Positions 12,586-25,787 of a DNA stretch of 64,000 nucleotides are shown piece by piece; the stretch's first letter is position 1, and each line of letters begins with the position of its first letter. The position numbers were made by a program, and so were the translations under genes. The stretch lies in assembly GCA_010093745.1 (NCBI GenBank), contig MU005966.1, forward strand, positions 1-64,000. Direction: 5' to 3'. Below the pieces are notes generated by a model, which saw nothing but the letters and a program-made list of their open reading frames with translations, did no database searches and was not told the origin of the DNA. The DNA comes from Piedraia hortae CBS 480.64 (lineage: Eukaryota).

Positions 12586-14278
12586 TGTTGGATTTAAAAT
12601 ATCCACTGGCGAGTGGGAAGACTCGATATATGGTCGAAGGGCACGGACAGCGCGAACGACGGCAAGGAGTTCCCGTTCTGACGTATTGTAATTACGCTCG
12701 GCCGGAGAAAGGCTCTAGGAGAGAACGGCAACGGGGCGCGCATTTTGGAAGGCCATGGCACCAGTGGCAAAGCCGGAAGCGTCTGTATAAATACGCATTG
12801 GTTGATGGGGATCGTGGAGGAAGATGGGCGTAGAAGACGCCAGGCAGGTCTTGACGGCGGAGAACGCCTGATCATGTTCATTGGACCACAGGAAGGGGCC
12901 AGAAGTGAGGGCGTAGAGTGGCGCAGCAGCGTCGGCCAGGGAGGGCGTAAAGTCTCGAAACCAATTGGCTGTTCCGAGGAATTGCTGGAGCTCACGTGCA
13001 GATGGCGGTGCTGGCCAGGACGCCATGGCGTCGATATCGGAGGAAGGAGCAATCCGATTGTGAGAGAAGACATGACCCAGGTATTTAACGGTGGAAAGCC
13101 CGATTTGCGCCTTGGTAGATGAGTACTCAAGATTACGAGATTCAAGGAGGGCAAGGACAGCGTCGAGCTTTTCCTGATGGTCGGCAGCGTTGTTGGCGAA
13201 GATAATAATGTCGTCAATATATGCCGAGGCGAATGAGGCAACCGGTTGAAGGAGGTTATCGATGAACTTTTGAAAGATGGGCGGCCCATTCGTGATACCG
13301 AAGGACATGACTAGGTATTCGAAATATCCTTGTGGTGTTTTAAAACTGGTAAGGTGCTCCTGGCCCGGTATGATACGGAAGTTGTAAAATGCGTTTTTGA
13401 GATCCAGCACCGAGAAGAGTTTTCCCTTGGCAGCTTTATGGAGCAGGTCTCCCAGTCGTGGTAGAGGGTACTTGTCTCTGGTGGTAATCGCATTAAGCGG
13501 CCGGTAGTCAATACACAGGCGCAGCGAACCGTCTTTCTTAGGCACAAAAAGAGGGTTGCAGCTTGTCATGGGGTTCGACGGACGGATCCAGTTGCGGCGA
13601 AGTGCGTCAGCAATGTACGCCGTCATGGCACGGTCCTCCGGGACTGAGAGCGTACGGAGACGCCCACCGTCTTCCATGGTTCCCTGTACGTCGAAAGAGC
13701 AGACCGCAAGTTCCTGTGTGGAGGCGAAGAATGGTTCGCCAAGAATGGCCTCTTCAAGGAGGTGAGGGACAAGGTAGAAGGTAAAAATTCTTCCGTTGAT
13801 GGTCAGGAGAGCTGACTCCATGTTGGTGGCCACGGTGTCCCCGGTGATGCCTTGAATAGATACGGTGGAGGGGGTGCGCGGTCCGTCCCACAACGTAGCC
13901 CTGAGGCAGTTCAATTCGGCGCCCGAGTCCAAAAGGGCGGTGACAGCATCGCCGCTAGCGCGTAAGCAGGGCACTTACATAGCAAGTCAGCGATACCTCT
14001 AACACTACCAGCTGCACCCTAGGTTTTCCCCTCACAGAGGTTTTCCCTCATGACATATGTGGCATGGCGAATGCGCCCTGCTAGTGTACGTGACGTCACC
14101 GGCCAACCGGTACAGAATTTTTATTCTGAACGTCCCCTCATTTTGAGATATATAGTCATTCACATCGACTCATATCCATCTGCATTTTTCTTGTCCCTGT
14201 TTTCAATTTTCGTCTATCGCTTCGTCCTCTTAGTTCGGGACGCTGCGCACTCCCATCAACGAGCGCCTTATCGCTACA
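12586..14278. mobile_element. Family-A-related solo LTR split by an inserted gypsy pol fragment
   Basis: First 11 bp of the LTR (TGTTGGATTTA, 12586-12596), then a 1348-bp insert, then the rest of the LTR (13945-14278, AGCATCG...CTACA); flanks AAAGA/GAAGA (4/5). Confidence 0.8.
12597..13944 (-). pseudogene. pol: Ty3/gypsy pol fragment: aspartic protease, reverse transcriptase, partial RNase H
   Basis: LLDSGAELN (protease); WIRPS, KKDGSLRLCIDYRPLN, DLKNAF, MSFGITNGP, YIDD (RT); TDASG, ERNY, RELLAVV (RNase H). One TAG at 12715-12717; no gag and no integrase. Confidence 0.95.
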
Positions 14279-14416
14279 GAAGACAGCCGAAGGGGAAGCA
14301 GAGCGTGTCATCAGCTATTGGGTTCTCGTCCCACCTGTTGACGAGACTACTTGCCTTCGCAGTGATCTTTTGGCCCAGATCGACTCTCGCCTGAGCGGTT
14401 CCATCATTGTAGGTTA

Positions 14417-14776
14417 TGTAGGTATTTAGCTCTCGTGGGTGAGAGTGCACAGCGACCCGAAGAGGGCGGAGCGATAGACGGAAACAGGGACAGGAAAGAT
14501 GTAGATGTGTGTAAGTCAAAATACCAGTTGCAGCATGGTAGTGTGAATGACTATTTTCAATAAGGGGACGTTCAGAATGAAAATTCTGTTCCGGTGGGCC
14601 GGTGACGTCACGTCGTACACTAGCGGGGCGTATTCACCATGTCACATATGACATGACCCTGAGGGAAAACCTCTGTGAGGCAAAAACCTAGGGTGCAGCT
14701 GGTAGTGTAGGAGGTATCGCTGACTTGCTATGCAAGTGCCCTGCATACGCGCTAGCGGCGATGCTTGAATCCAACA
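14417..14776. mobile_element. Solo LTR, family A (360 bp)
   Basis: TGTAGG...CCAACA termini, perfect TSD GGTTA (14412-14416/14777-14781). Confidence 0.93.
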
Positions 14777-16429
14777 GGTTATGCGTACTCCGAGGAGAGT
14801 AAAAATCATCACGGCTTATCAGACAATGCAATGCCGGAGGCGATGGAGGCGCGCAGAGCTCACGCAGCGAACAAGTCTCACGAGGACGATGGAAGTTGCA
14901 GAACCGGCGAAGCCTCTCCCCCTAGTGAATACAGGAATGGGAAGTGACATGAAGGACAATGTTGTTGCTACTTCCTTTTTCCTAAGACTCTAGAGGAGAT
15001 GAGGTTACTGGTCATCCTAGCCCTATCGGGACTGGCTCCCGACTAACATCAATACCCCCAACCCCCTTTGTTGCAACGTGCGTGTCGATTTTCGCTCGCA
15101 ACATTGCTGCTGTTGGTATGTGTGAAGCAGTCTTTCTGTCTCATCAGGTCCAAGAATCGAGGTTTCTATTTTCGTCGCGTGGAGAGCCCTCGGCTTGAGG
15201 GAACAGAGCTCATCCAGTTTTATCCTTGCTTGCAAGTGCTTCCAAACATTTCGGAGCATTTACCTGCATCTCAATCCAACCCACAAGAGATGAAAACCTT
15301 CCTCTTGCCGCGTTTGCTTCACTGGGCCTGGTTCTACCTCTACAAGAGGGTAACTAAATTTCTTTGAGCCGAATCATCAGTATGGATGAGCGCGGATCAA
15401 GACCAAAACCGCCGACAGCAGCAGCGAGGCTTTGTGTGACAACATCAAGATTGACCTACAAGAGAAAATCCCCCACAGTCGCCCCTCTCACGCAGAACAA
15501 ATTAGAGCAAAACTATTACTATTTTAGAAAGACTGAAGAAATTAGGTAATTCACAAGAATTTTATCAACACAATGAAGCACAAATTTCCTCTTTACGCAC
15601 CTACACCAAAGGGCAAGCCTGAACCGAAGTCTAGCGGCCATGCCAGCTCCATCCTGTTCGATAATTCGCCTGATCATTGGCCCTATTGTCAGTATGAACC
15701 ATGTTCGCTTCCTGGTAAACACCCTGCTACGAAGAAATGCACAGACTCTGAGGCTTGATTAATTCTCTCGGGATATTTCTATAACCTCGGGAGTAATATC
15801 TAATCTAACACAGCTCCGGAGGGATGGGCAAGTTCCTGCCAATAGGCTGCGGGCACGGGTTCCGCATAGCTGTTTCGCCGGCGATTTGCTGCAGAAGTGC
15901 TTCATACACAACTTTCGAGCGACGAAGTGACAGGTGGCAATAAACAAAGGCATATGGACCTGAGTATTACCATGGGAGGCATTATGGTAACTCCGAGCAG
16001 TTGGAGGAGAATGATAAGATTATTTGACTGAGCTTGGCGATCGAGTTTCCGTGCGGCATGGGCGAGATGCGACCGGGAAACTTTGTAGGAAGGCCGAGGA
16101 CTCGACAAGGTCCAATCCACAGTACAAGAGCTGTCGCGGCTTCTGCTGTTTGCGGACAAGACAGAACGGGCGTTTGGGAAATGAGTATTTTCTTCTTCCA
16201 AGGTACCATCAAGGGGCCACGTAAGAACCCGCTTGCTAACACGCAACTCCACCCTCTCCACTTCTACTTGAGGCAGAGAGGAAAGATGTTATAAAGGCGT
16301 CCTAACAACCTGAAAAAGCTCACCTTCCTATGCAATGCATCGAGGCTTGAAAGCACGGCACGGCTCATGGCAGTGATACATAACGTCCCATGCACTTTTT
16401 ATTCATTATATACATGCAAGCGGCCCTCG

Positions 16430-18184
16430 TCATATCTTTGCAATGTCATCTCTAGCTTCTGACCAAGCCTGGAGGTTTCTCTTTGACCATTCAAGATGGC
16501 ATTTCGCGAAATTGAGCTACTCACTGTTAGTTTCATGCCAATAATTTTGTAAAGACAATACCATGTAAGAACGCAAATCGTCCTCCTTTTGCGTCTGAAA
16601 ACGAGAGAGATCCTGTAGTACGCCGGCCGAGGTCTGCTTGACGTCAACCTGGGCGACTTCAAGCGCTTGTTCGAGATGTGAGAGCGACTCTTTGGTCTTT
16701 CCAAGAGCGTCGCGACGGGCGCGTTCGGGGTCTTGGTCTGTTACACCCTGTAGGGCCTGAGTGAAGCCTGAGAGTCGGCCAAGCAGCTTTGTGGCGACGC
16801 CGCTGCTAATAGAACGTTTGCGCGGCGTTGTATCATCAGTTGGAACTGAGGGCGAGACCGGCGACAGGTCCTGGGGAACCTGCTGGTCAGTGGGTGAAGA
16901 TTGAACACCAGATGTTGCCATGAACTGCTCAATTCGCTTGGCCTCCTTCTCACTGCGCTCCAGTTGATCGAGACTGGCGCGTTTCCGCTCTAGCTCGTCC
17001 CGCGTCATCTCCTCTTGCACGCGCTTGAGCACACGAAACTTGAGCACGCCGCGCACGACGCCCGCAAACTGTGCGTTTTCCCGCATTGGTTCCGCGAAGC
17101 CGGCGCTCAGCCCGGATGATAGATCGCGTAGGCTGATGTATGTGAAATCGCAGGATTGGCCGGCTTTTTCAATCGCCTGCGCCACCGTCGGCGATTGCTC
17201 CGAGAGGGAGAATGCGTTGTAGCGCGCTCCAAGGTCCATCAAGTCTTCTCCCAGCTGATAGAGGTGGCGCAGAAGCCGAGTGTTGACCTTCTCCATCGGC
17301 CCCGCCAGCAAGGTCTCGAGGTCCTTGCTGCTGCGCTCAAACGAGGAGAAATACGGATCCAACTCCGACTCACTGAGGTCTTCGGCTGACGGAGGGAATC
17401 GTGCGTACTGGATCTGAGGCTGGGAGTGAGCAGCGGCTGAAGGTAGAGAGGCAATGGCGGGAGGCGAAGTGGGTGTACCTGATGCGGACGTGGACGAGGA
17501 CGAACGCAACTTGGCGCTCTGACTAGGTACAGGAAGCCACTGATGAGCTGAAGTCGGGCTAGATGGGTCAAGCGGCGGTGCCTTGAGGTTGTTCTTGGGG
17601 ACACTGGACGCCGGGTGCGACTGCAGCACCTCGCTCCAGCTCACATTCGGGTCGAGAAAGCGCCACCAGACCCCATCGTCGCGAATCTCGCGCATGCGCC
17701 GACAGCGGTTCAGGAAGATGGCCAGCATGCGCTGTCGCAGCTCTATGATGGCCACATCCTCTTTAGCGCGCGTGGGCTTGGCAGCATAGTCGACGATGCT
17801 ATGCTTCTCGGGGATAGGCGGCACAATCAGAGTCGGGTGTAGGTGCACTAGCGTCAACCGCAGCGACGCGAATTCGCTGTACCGCCTCCGCACTTCGATG
17901 TCGCCTGTGCGGATGGTGTAGACAATGTAGCCGCCGCTGCCCTCGCTGTTCTTGCCGGCGTGCACAATTTGGATCGCCACATCCGGCTGCTCATGCAAAA
18001 TCTGCTGGATCCGGCTGTCGTAGCCGCCCTCCCTTGGCGCAATCGTCTCGGCCGGTGCACCTCCGTCCGTATCGTCTAGGCTCGTCGACTGGAGCACATC
18101 AGGGCTGTGCTGCTCGTCTTCGGATGATTCAGAGCTCCTGCGCTGGAATGATCCGTACGGGTTGTTATCCTCGTCGTCCCACAT
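16430..18184 (-). CDS. SNX41: PX-BAR sorting nexin, Snx41/Atg20 family (intron 16517-16561)
   Basis: MWDDEDNNPY start; PX domain (VRRRYSEF, PPIPEKH, RQRMLAIFL) and BAR coiled-coil; a GT..CTAAC..AG intron restores the C-terminus LNFAKCHLEWSKRNLQAW. Confidence 0.88.
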
Positions 18185-19515
18185 GGCTATGTTGGTTCCG
18201 TTGGTTGCAGATGATGTTGCAGTCTTCACACGGAACCTGCCGTGCTGTGGGGAAATTCTCCGATGAGTTGCGGGGTGGGGTGGGGGATCAGCAGAGTCTA
18301 ATTGTCCACTGTCACATGTGCTGTGCATGAAACCGGTACGGCTTTGGTTTGATGGCTACACCTGAAGCATGAAAATCACAAAGCAGCGCTACCGACTCTG
18401 GGTTAGCTGGAAGAGCTAGCAACTACCTTCGCCAAAGGCAAGCAAAGGCGTGAGAACTGGCTACGGCTTAATTTGCGAGGAGTGAGCAACGCAATTATGA
18501 AAGACTGTCGCCAGCTTAGCTCAAGCGATTTTGATCGCCCACTCTTATAGAATCACGATCCCGAGACTCCAGTGCACATCATGGACGAACGCGAGACGAT
18601 TACGAAATCATCAAACTCCAAGATGTGACGTCTCCAAGTATAGACTTTGGACCAGCCCGTGTCCTCGCCTGCTTCCTATTGCCCTTCAGATGATTTTCAG
18701 TATGTGTAGTGCGCTTTTCGGGCAGTCTTCTGTATGCTCGCCATGTGTTATGATCATCTTACAAGGGTTCAGAGCTGCCTGCGTATCAACTCGCGGCACA
18801 AGTGGCCTTTTTCATCCTCTTATCCTGTTTCATCGAACTGAGCATGCAATACCAGTCCCGCGTCACTAGAGGATTCTCAGTGGTGAAAAGACGCATTCGT
18901 TCGCCCGTATTTCCTTCGGTGCCTGCTCGGCACCAGCGAGCTTTCGATGCATCTTTCCAACTGAAACTGCGAAAAGTGGTCCGTTCGCAGATACGTAAGT
19001 CGAGCTCAAGGCCCATAAAAGTTCGGCCTCCCATCGTCCCAGAGCCTTCCATTTTCACTACGCTTAGAACCGCATCTACTCTATAAACTGGCCGAGCGAA
19101 TAGTGTTACGGGCTAGCCCTTTCGTCCAATGGTTGTTCCATGGGTGTGGTTTACCAGGCGCGCGCATACCGCGTACGCCCGCGTTTTTCTGTGCAGGAGC
19201 TCATGAGTATATAGCAGGCCCTCTTGCCCTCTATAGCTTCCATTAGAGACAATATCTTGCTCTAACCTGGGCCCGTGCATAAACCCCAGTGTTTCCCTTC
19301 ACAAATTGATAGGAGCAATGGATGTCGGGGTGATTTTTCTAGCATTCGTGACGAGCATGCATGCCTACTAGGTATACACACTACATCTCAGAAATAAGTG
19401 GTTTAAGGCCAGTTGACGCGGCTAACGCTGCTTATCTGAGGCGTGTCCAGATTGTCGCCATTTAGAGTTTCGGAGAATTTTCCTTCGGGATCGTGCGGGA
19501 AACATATTGATCCGC

Positions 19516-19989
19516 ATGTCAGCGACTTCGCATGCAGTAAGGGCGGGTGCAACAATGCTTACCGGTCTCTGCAGAGCATTGCGATATTCCAGAGTTCTTT
19601 TACGTCAACGAGTGATTGGTTACCCGGCATGGTACACGACACATGATGCCTCGAACAAGCCCTCAGGCGCAAGTCCAAATTCGGTCAGAGTCGAAGCCCC
19701 AGACTATCTGGACGAGCGCGAGCGCGTTGTTTTCAACTCCTTGAGCCAATCTTTGCGTCCATCTAAACTTGAGGTATGTCGCAGAGACCCTCGACCATTA
19801 CGTCACTCAAATCAGAAACAGGTGCAGGACATCTCGGGCGGCTGCGGATCAATGTATGCTATTGACGTCGTGTCGGAGCAATTCGCCGGTCTCCCAGTGG
19901 TGAAGCAGCATCGGCTTGTTAATCAAATTCTCAAGGACGAAATCAAGACTTGGCATGGTGTGCAGTTGAAGACCAGAGCTCCAACCTAG
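19516..19989 (+). CDS. BOL3: Mitochondrial BolA-family protein (Bol3-like); probable in-frame intron 19774-19821; start codon uncertain (19516 or 19555)
   Basis: VQDISGGCGSMY, QHRLVN and HGVQLKT motifs; Arg-rich N-terminal presequence. Confidence 0.88.
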   Translation: MSATSHAVRAGATMLTGLCRALRYSRVLLRQRVIGYPAWYTTHDASNKPSGASPNSVRVEAPDYLDERERVVFNSLSQSLRPSKLEVCRRDPRPLRHSNQKQVQDISGGCGSMYAIDVVSEQFAGLPVVKQHRLVNQILKDEIKTWHGVQLKTRAPT

Positions 19990-21060
19990 GTGTGAGAGCC
20001 TTGCTAGGGAAAGTGCCTCCAACACCACCAAACTTGCTCCGATATCGGTATGTTACATTGTAAGGTTCCTACATACTTGAGTGCTCAGACATGTGAATCA
20101 GTACGCGATCCAGTCTCTTGATATTTCGTAAACCTGCTGCACCGTAGACATGAAATTTGACGTCGTGTCACCAGACAGAGGAGCAAAGTGCCGGAAAATT
20201 CTTTCTCGCCAACGCGCCGTTACTTCTGCAGCTGATAACGTGCGATAAAGCGCCACACTGCCGAGCTGGATCCGGTGGCGCGGCGGCGCGCATGCATCTC
20301 GCAATACAAGACCTACAGTTGTTGGGACGCACGACTCTAACTATGGAAAACTTTGGAGAGTCAGAGCAAGACCCAATATTAGTTCATCAGCGCGAAGGTT
20401 TGTCGGGTTCTCACCGCGAACTCGAAGGAGATGCAGCCCCGGATAAATGTGCTGGGGGACCCACTGTGGAGTAGCATTCGAGACCTGCCCTATCACCGTG
20501 CTACTGGGATGACGCCACACAAACCATCCATCCCTCCTCATGGAACCGTCGAATAAGCGAAGCATAAAGTGCAGTCAGAGCTCAGAAATGCATTTCGTCC
20601 GTACGAGTTGGTGTGACAAAACTAGCTGAGACGAGCGGGTCACTCCACTGCCGTTGGGCCCATTAGATGGCATTAATCACTCCATCTTGCGCGTCAACAT
20701 GACAATCCTGACGATCCTTGCTTTGAACTGCTGCTCAACAGCAAATATAATACGCTATCTTCCCAACCTAACTGGGAAGACATAATTAGTTGGGAGAGGG
20801 TTGCGCGGCTGTCCATGCGCCATTTACCCCACCTGCCCCAACAAGCTTCTCCGCACACTTCTTTTTCTCTGTCGCCACCCCATTGTCCTCAGATTTTCAG
20901 TCTGCCCTTCCCCTCGAAGAGTGTGCTAGGTTGCTGCGGGTACGGGTACAGCTTTGGTCGGCGTCTGCCCTGTCCGCCTCCTTCTCCTTGTTGCCTTTCC
21001 CCTGTAGCCCCTCAGCCTCGCACTCACCAAGCCGTCGAGTTCATCCATTTCGAGCTGGCC

Positions 21061-23161
21061 ATGCCCTTCACTCCCGCTGTTTCAGAGACCACCAGCCCTG
21101 TCCGCAGCCGGGCTTCATCCTACTCAAACAAAGCCCAGGGCCAGTCGCCAAAGTTAGACGGCAGGCCACGTCTTCCCCGCTCTAACTCGGCTTCGTACAT
21201 GCACAGGCAACGCCGGTCACCATCCTTGACTGCGCCAGGGCAGACTACACCTCCCACAGAGACGACGACGGCCACGATCGACTTTGCCGCGCGCCCGGAG
21301 AGCACCAAGCACTCCCCGCCCTCTCTCAACTCGCCTGAGTTAGCGGTCGAAACGAATCCATCAACACCAGAGTCAGCCGAAAGCTCTGGATCTGACGAGG
21401 ACGCGGAAAGACACCGCGGACGCAACGAAGTGCCAGTTTGGATCAGGCTCAGAACGGCAGCATGCGGCATTGAGCAGGTCCGTGAAGGCTCACCCGAAGC
21501 AACACCTATACCCTTGCCCGACATGTCAGCAACGGTTTCCGTACCCCAGTCAACGTCACTGGCGGTTTTAACGCGGGAAGCACGGCGAATTTCACACTCT
21601 CGATCCTCTACCGAGACAGCCATTGCACGACCCAAGACTCCCGGGTTCGAGTCTTCATCTCCAACCGAGGAGAGCGAAGAGGAAACTATCCCCTTGCAAA
21701 GGCCACTGCTCCTTCGCAAGAAGTCTGGCGAATTGGTAAAGCCGGCTCTGCGCCCATCTCACAGCCGGCGGTATGCCAGCATGCCCGGCACGCCAACATA
21801 CAAGTCAGTACACTTCAGAGACAGCGACAACCAAACAAGGCATTTCCTCTCCAGGGATCAGCCCAGTGCCGTCAGCGCCAACACGTCACCGGTTGACACG
21901 TACGATAGCGAGGCCGAGTTCCCTCTATTCGCAGACAGCAAACCCAAGACTGTACGTGAGGTTCGCCTCTGCAATTTTCCAGGGGACACGATGGAACGAC
22001 GGACCCAAGCCGTGCGTCTCATTCGCCTTTTTCTGTCAGATGACAAGCAGACGTTGGTTGGCGTCGTTGCTGTGCAAAACCTACACTTTCACAAGGAGGT
22101 GCACGCTCGCTTTACAACTGATGGATGGAAAACGACCTCTGAGGTGGTTTCCGACTATCAATTTGGATCCCGCGATCCTGCGTGCGGCGACTGCGATCAG
22201 TTCAACTTCCGCATCAAGCTCTCTGACCAGGCCAACATTGATGCCAAAGTGCTTCTTCTCTGCGTGCGGTACAAGGTCAACGGGCAAGAATACTGGGACA
22301 ACAACAGAGGCTCCAACTATCGTGTCGAGTTTACAAAAACACCCCAGAAAATGACGATCCCCTCTGTCACTATCAACAAGTGCGAGGAGCCTCGCCTGCC
22401 TCGCAGTCGTCACACAGGGCCAGTGCCAACAACTCGGCGGGGACGGTCGCAGCACTTCGATGATGATCTGTCACACTACGGCGACAGCGATTCGGCGCCG
22501 ATCAGGATCAGAACTCGAGCGAGAGATGTGCTAGGCGACAATGTACATCCCGCTCATGGCCTTGGCGGACGATACAACTTCTCGGCTTCGCTCTCTGCAG
22601 CACTTAAATCGGCGCAAAACCAGCAAAACCAGCAACTTCCCAGCGGCGGCGACACACCTCCACGGACCTCTCGAAACGATGGCCCGGAAACGCGAATCGA
22701 CAACTTGTCAACTGATCGACCGGCAATGGGCTCAGACCAGTACCAAGATCTGGTGCAAAGATTTTGTTACGTAGGTTCCTCCATTCGCCGCTCGCCCACG
22801 GCATCCACTTAAACATCAACAAACTGACTGGCTGTGTCAGTTTACGTCCGGTTCCCGCCATGTGGCCACTCGATCATCTCGGTCGCCAACACCTGATGAG
22901 GCAGGAGAGGGGTCAATGCTATCGCGTACATTCAGCCCGCGACGAATGCCGAGCTCTCCGAAATTGGCAGCTCTCACTTCACCTAGATACAACCACGATG
23001 GGACGGGGGAAACCCCCGCTACCGAGGTCCCCTGTCCTGACGGCCATGCATGGCTGAGGCCAACTCTTGAAAACATTTGCAGCCTTGGACATTGCGAAGC
23101 CATGCTCACGACTAGTGCGAATGAATTGCATTTTTCTTGTACACACTGTTTTATTACTTGA
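21061..23161 (+). CDS. Protein phosphatase 1 glycogen-targeting subunit (CBM21; Gac1-like); intron 22771-22840
   Basis: RKKSGELVKPAL, RVxF motif KSVHF, CBM21 motifs VQNLHFHKEV, W and EYWDNNRGSNY. The last exon boundary is inferred. Confidence 0.85.
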
Positions 23162-23688
23162 GCGTGTAGGGGATACATTAGCATGGCGTTTGAGTTTGGG
23201 ACATAGATGGCTTTATGAGATGCATGTGTATAGGTACAGCAGTCCAGCGCATTGTCAAAAGTTTTCAGCCGGATATTTATTTCATCACAGTTTTCGACCG
23301 GTCGGGCCCAGACGTACATGTGAGCGGGGATGGTTGGCGTTGGTTGGCGGGGAACAAAGGTTATTGTTCTAGAGACGCAGAAACAAGCGCCGCCGCACTG
23401 CCTGCAGGAGCAGTAAACTCTTGCAAGGAAGGCAGTGACTCGAGCTATATTTGCGTATGGGGAGGCAGACAACCCCCAACCCAGTCAAATACTGAATCTG
23501 TAGGGCCGTTCTGTTAACCGTTCGGCGCGCGGGCGGCTCCCGCCTCTCGCATTCCTGCCTCAGGCAGCAAAACCCGACTGGGCTTGGCGCCCTCCCGCTT
23601 TCCGCTCCTCGCTTGGACACCTCCACCTCCCCTCCAGGCACCTTTTTACCTGCAAGACACCTAATACGCCGGCCACTTTAAATCTCCG

Positions 23689-25478
23689 ATGAGTTCGTCG
23701 GATGCGGCGCTGTCCAGAGCGCCCGCGTCAGGTACTGTCGTTTCTTGTGCAAAACGGAAGGGAAACATCGCTGACGCGCAGCAGATCCGACCCAGCCATT
23801 GTCACAACCTTCGCCTCCGTCGCTCGCGGCTACCGCCTCCGAACCTCCTCCGAACGTTTCGGTCGCCCCGAACTCCCAAAGCAAATTAGTTCCGCAGCAA
23901 CAGCGCCTGAATGTGGCCCCCAACCCCGCCGAGGCTCAACCAAGCGGCGGCGGGGACCAAGCACAGAGCCGGAGCTTGAGGCAGGATGTTGCCGGCAACA
24001 CCGGTCCCACACAGTCTGCCTATTCGACCGGTGTAGCAGATCGCGCAGAACAGCCGACGTTGTCAAATCAAGGTTCGGCGGCCGAAGCCTCGAGACCGAA
24101 ACGCAAGAATGGCTTCCTTTCTTTTCTTCTCTGTTGTGGTCGGTCGGACGAGGACCAGAATGGCGCGCTCGCTCCCCGAGCGACATCTCTCAAGCCACCA
24201 ACGGCTTCCACCCTGACCCCCGCCCAACAGCAACAGCAACAGGAGTCTCAAGAGCAGGCTCACCAAAACGCTGCCGCAGACAACGGTACGGACAACACGC
24301 CACAATCTACACAAGAGAAGGACGTCCCAACGGCAGCCGCTGCGCCGGTGCAGTCGTCTGAAGATCCGGAGAAAGCGATTATGCCGGAGGCCACATCAGC
24401 AGGATCTGAACCAGAAGTCGCGTCCTCGCCTCCCGGTAAGCCCGAACTTCGTTCGGTGGAACAGCCGCAAGAGATGGTGCTGGGCGAGACATCGACAAGA
24501 ACTTTACGTCCGACAGCCGCTGTCGTTGACTCGTCCGTCTACTCTCCGTCGGCATCGTCGGCAGCTGTAGAGGACCCGCTGGCCGGTGAGGAGCAGGTGA
24601 TCAGTGACCGCACTCCGCAACAGGCGGCTCTGGATGCAGACATTGAATCCAAGGACCGCGAGCCGCTCACGACTCAAGAGGCAAGTGCCATTGCGGGTGG
24701 CATTGGGGTCGCGGGCGCGGCTGGTGGAGCAGCTGCGCTTGCGGAAGCCTATCGCGACGACCTACACAGCAATATGCCTCCTCCTCCGTCCGAGCACGAG
24801 CGAAGTCAGCTCGTCAGCGTCAGGCAAAATAGCCTTCGGAGCCGAAGCTCAAGCATATCTGAGCAAGGTGAAAGCCGGCCATGGCTGCTTCCTCCGCTGA
24901 AGCCAGAGCTGCGCGGCCGAAAATGCCTGGTGTTGGATCTGGACGAGACGTTGGTGCATAGCAGCTTTAAGGTAGCTTGACCGTGCTGTTTGATCGCTGT
25001 TGCTGACAAAGGACAGATTCTACATCAAGCCGACTTCACGATACCAGTAGAGATCGAAGGGCAATACCATAATGTTTATGTTATAAAGCGTCCTGGCGTT
25101 GACGCTTTTCTCAAGCGAGTTGGCGAATTGTACGAGGTGGTCGTCTTTACCGCCTCGGTGTCCAAGTACGGCGATCCGTTGCTGGATCAGCTGGACATTC
25201 ACAATGTTGTCCATCACCGTCTTTTCCGCGAATCTTGCTACAACCACCAGGGCAACTACGTCAAAGACCTTAGCATCATGGGCCGCAACCTGTGGGAAAC
25301 GATTATCATAGACAACTCGCCCACCAGCTACATATTCCATCCACAGCACGCGGTGCCGATAAGCAGTTGGTTTTCCGACGCACACGACAATGAATTGCTG
25401 GACCTGATTCCGGTTCTGGAGGATCTGGCTAAGTCAGACGTGCCGGATGTGAGCCTGGTGCTGGACGTTGCATTATGA
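23689..25478 (+). CDS. PSR1: NIF/SCP-family HAD phosphatase, Psr1/Psr2-like (introns 23732-23784 and 24972-25016)
   Basis: [31 protein letters not shown] and IIDNSP motifs; LLCCG putative palmitoylation site; canonical introns restore the frame. Confidence 0.92.
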
Positions 25479-25787
25479 TGAAAATTTGAGATACCCCTGC
25501 GCTTACTGAATTTGCATCGAGGCTAGATTGTAAAGCAGCACTTTTTTTAATTATTGCGATCGGCACTCATAGTGGGTTGGGTTACAGCATGTATAGAAGT
25601 ATCTGTAGAGTATTGGAGTAATATGCCAATTTCTCTGGCTTTAGATCCTGACGGAGATAAATGCGTGGGAGTCTACAAAAGATATCTTTCTGCTGTTGTG
25701 GAAACGCCAGTGCGGGCGGTGGCGGCGGGGCTTGGCGGCGGGGCTTAGCGGCGGGAAGAAGCGGCAACTAAGCTAGAACTGGACTGG

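Noticed and set aside
18508..18580. GCCAGCTTAGCTCAAG resembling a tRNA 5' end
   Set aside because: No GTTCRA T-loop or complementary acceptor stem.
20815..21060. N-terminal extension of the CBM21 ORF
   Set aside because: Pyrimidine-rich, UTR-like sequence; MPFTP at 21061 is the more plausible start.
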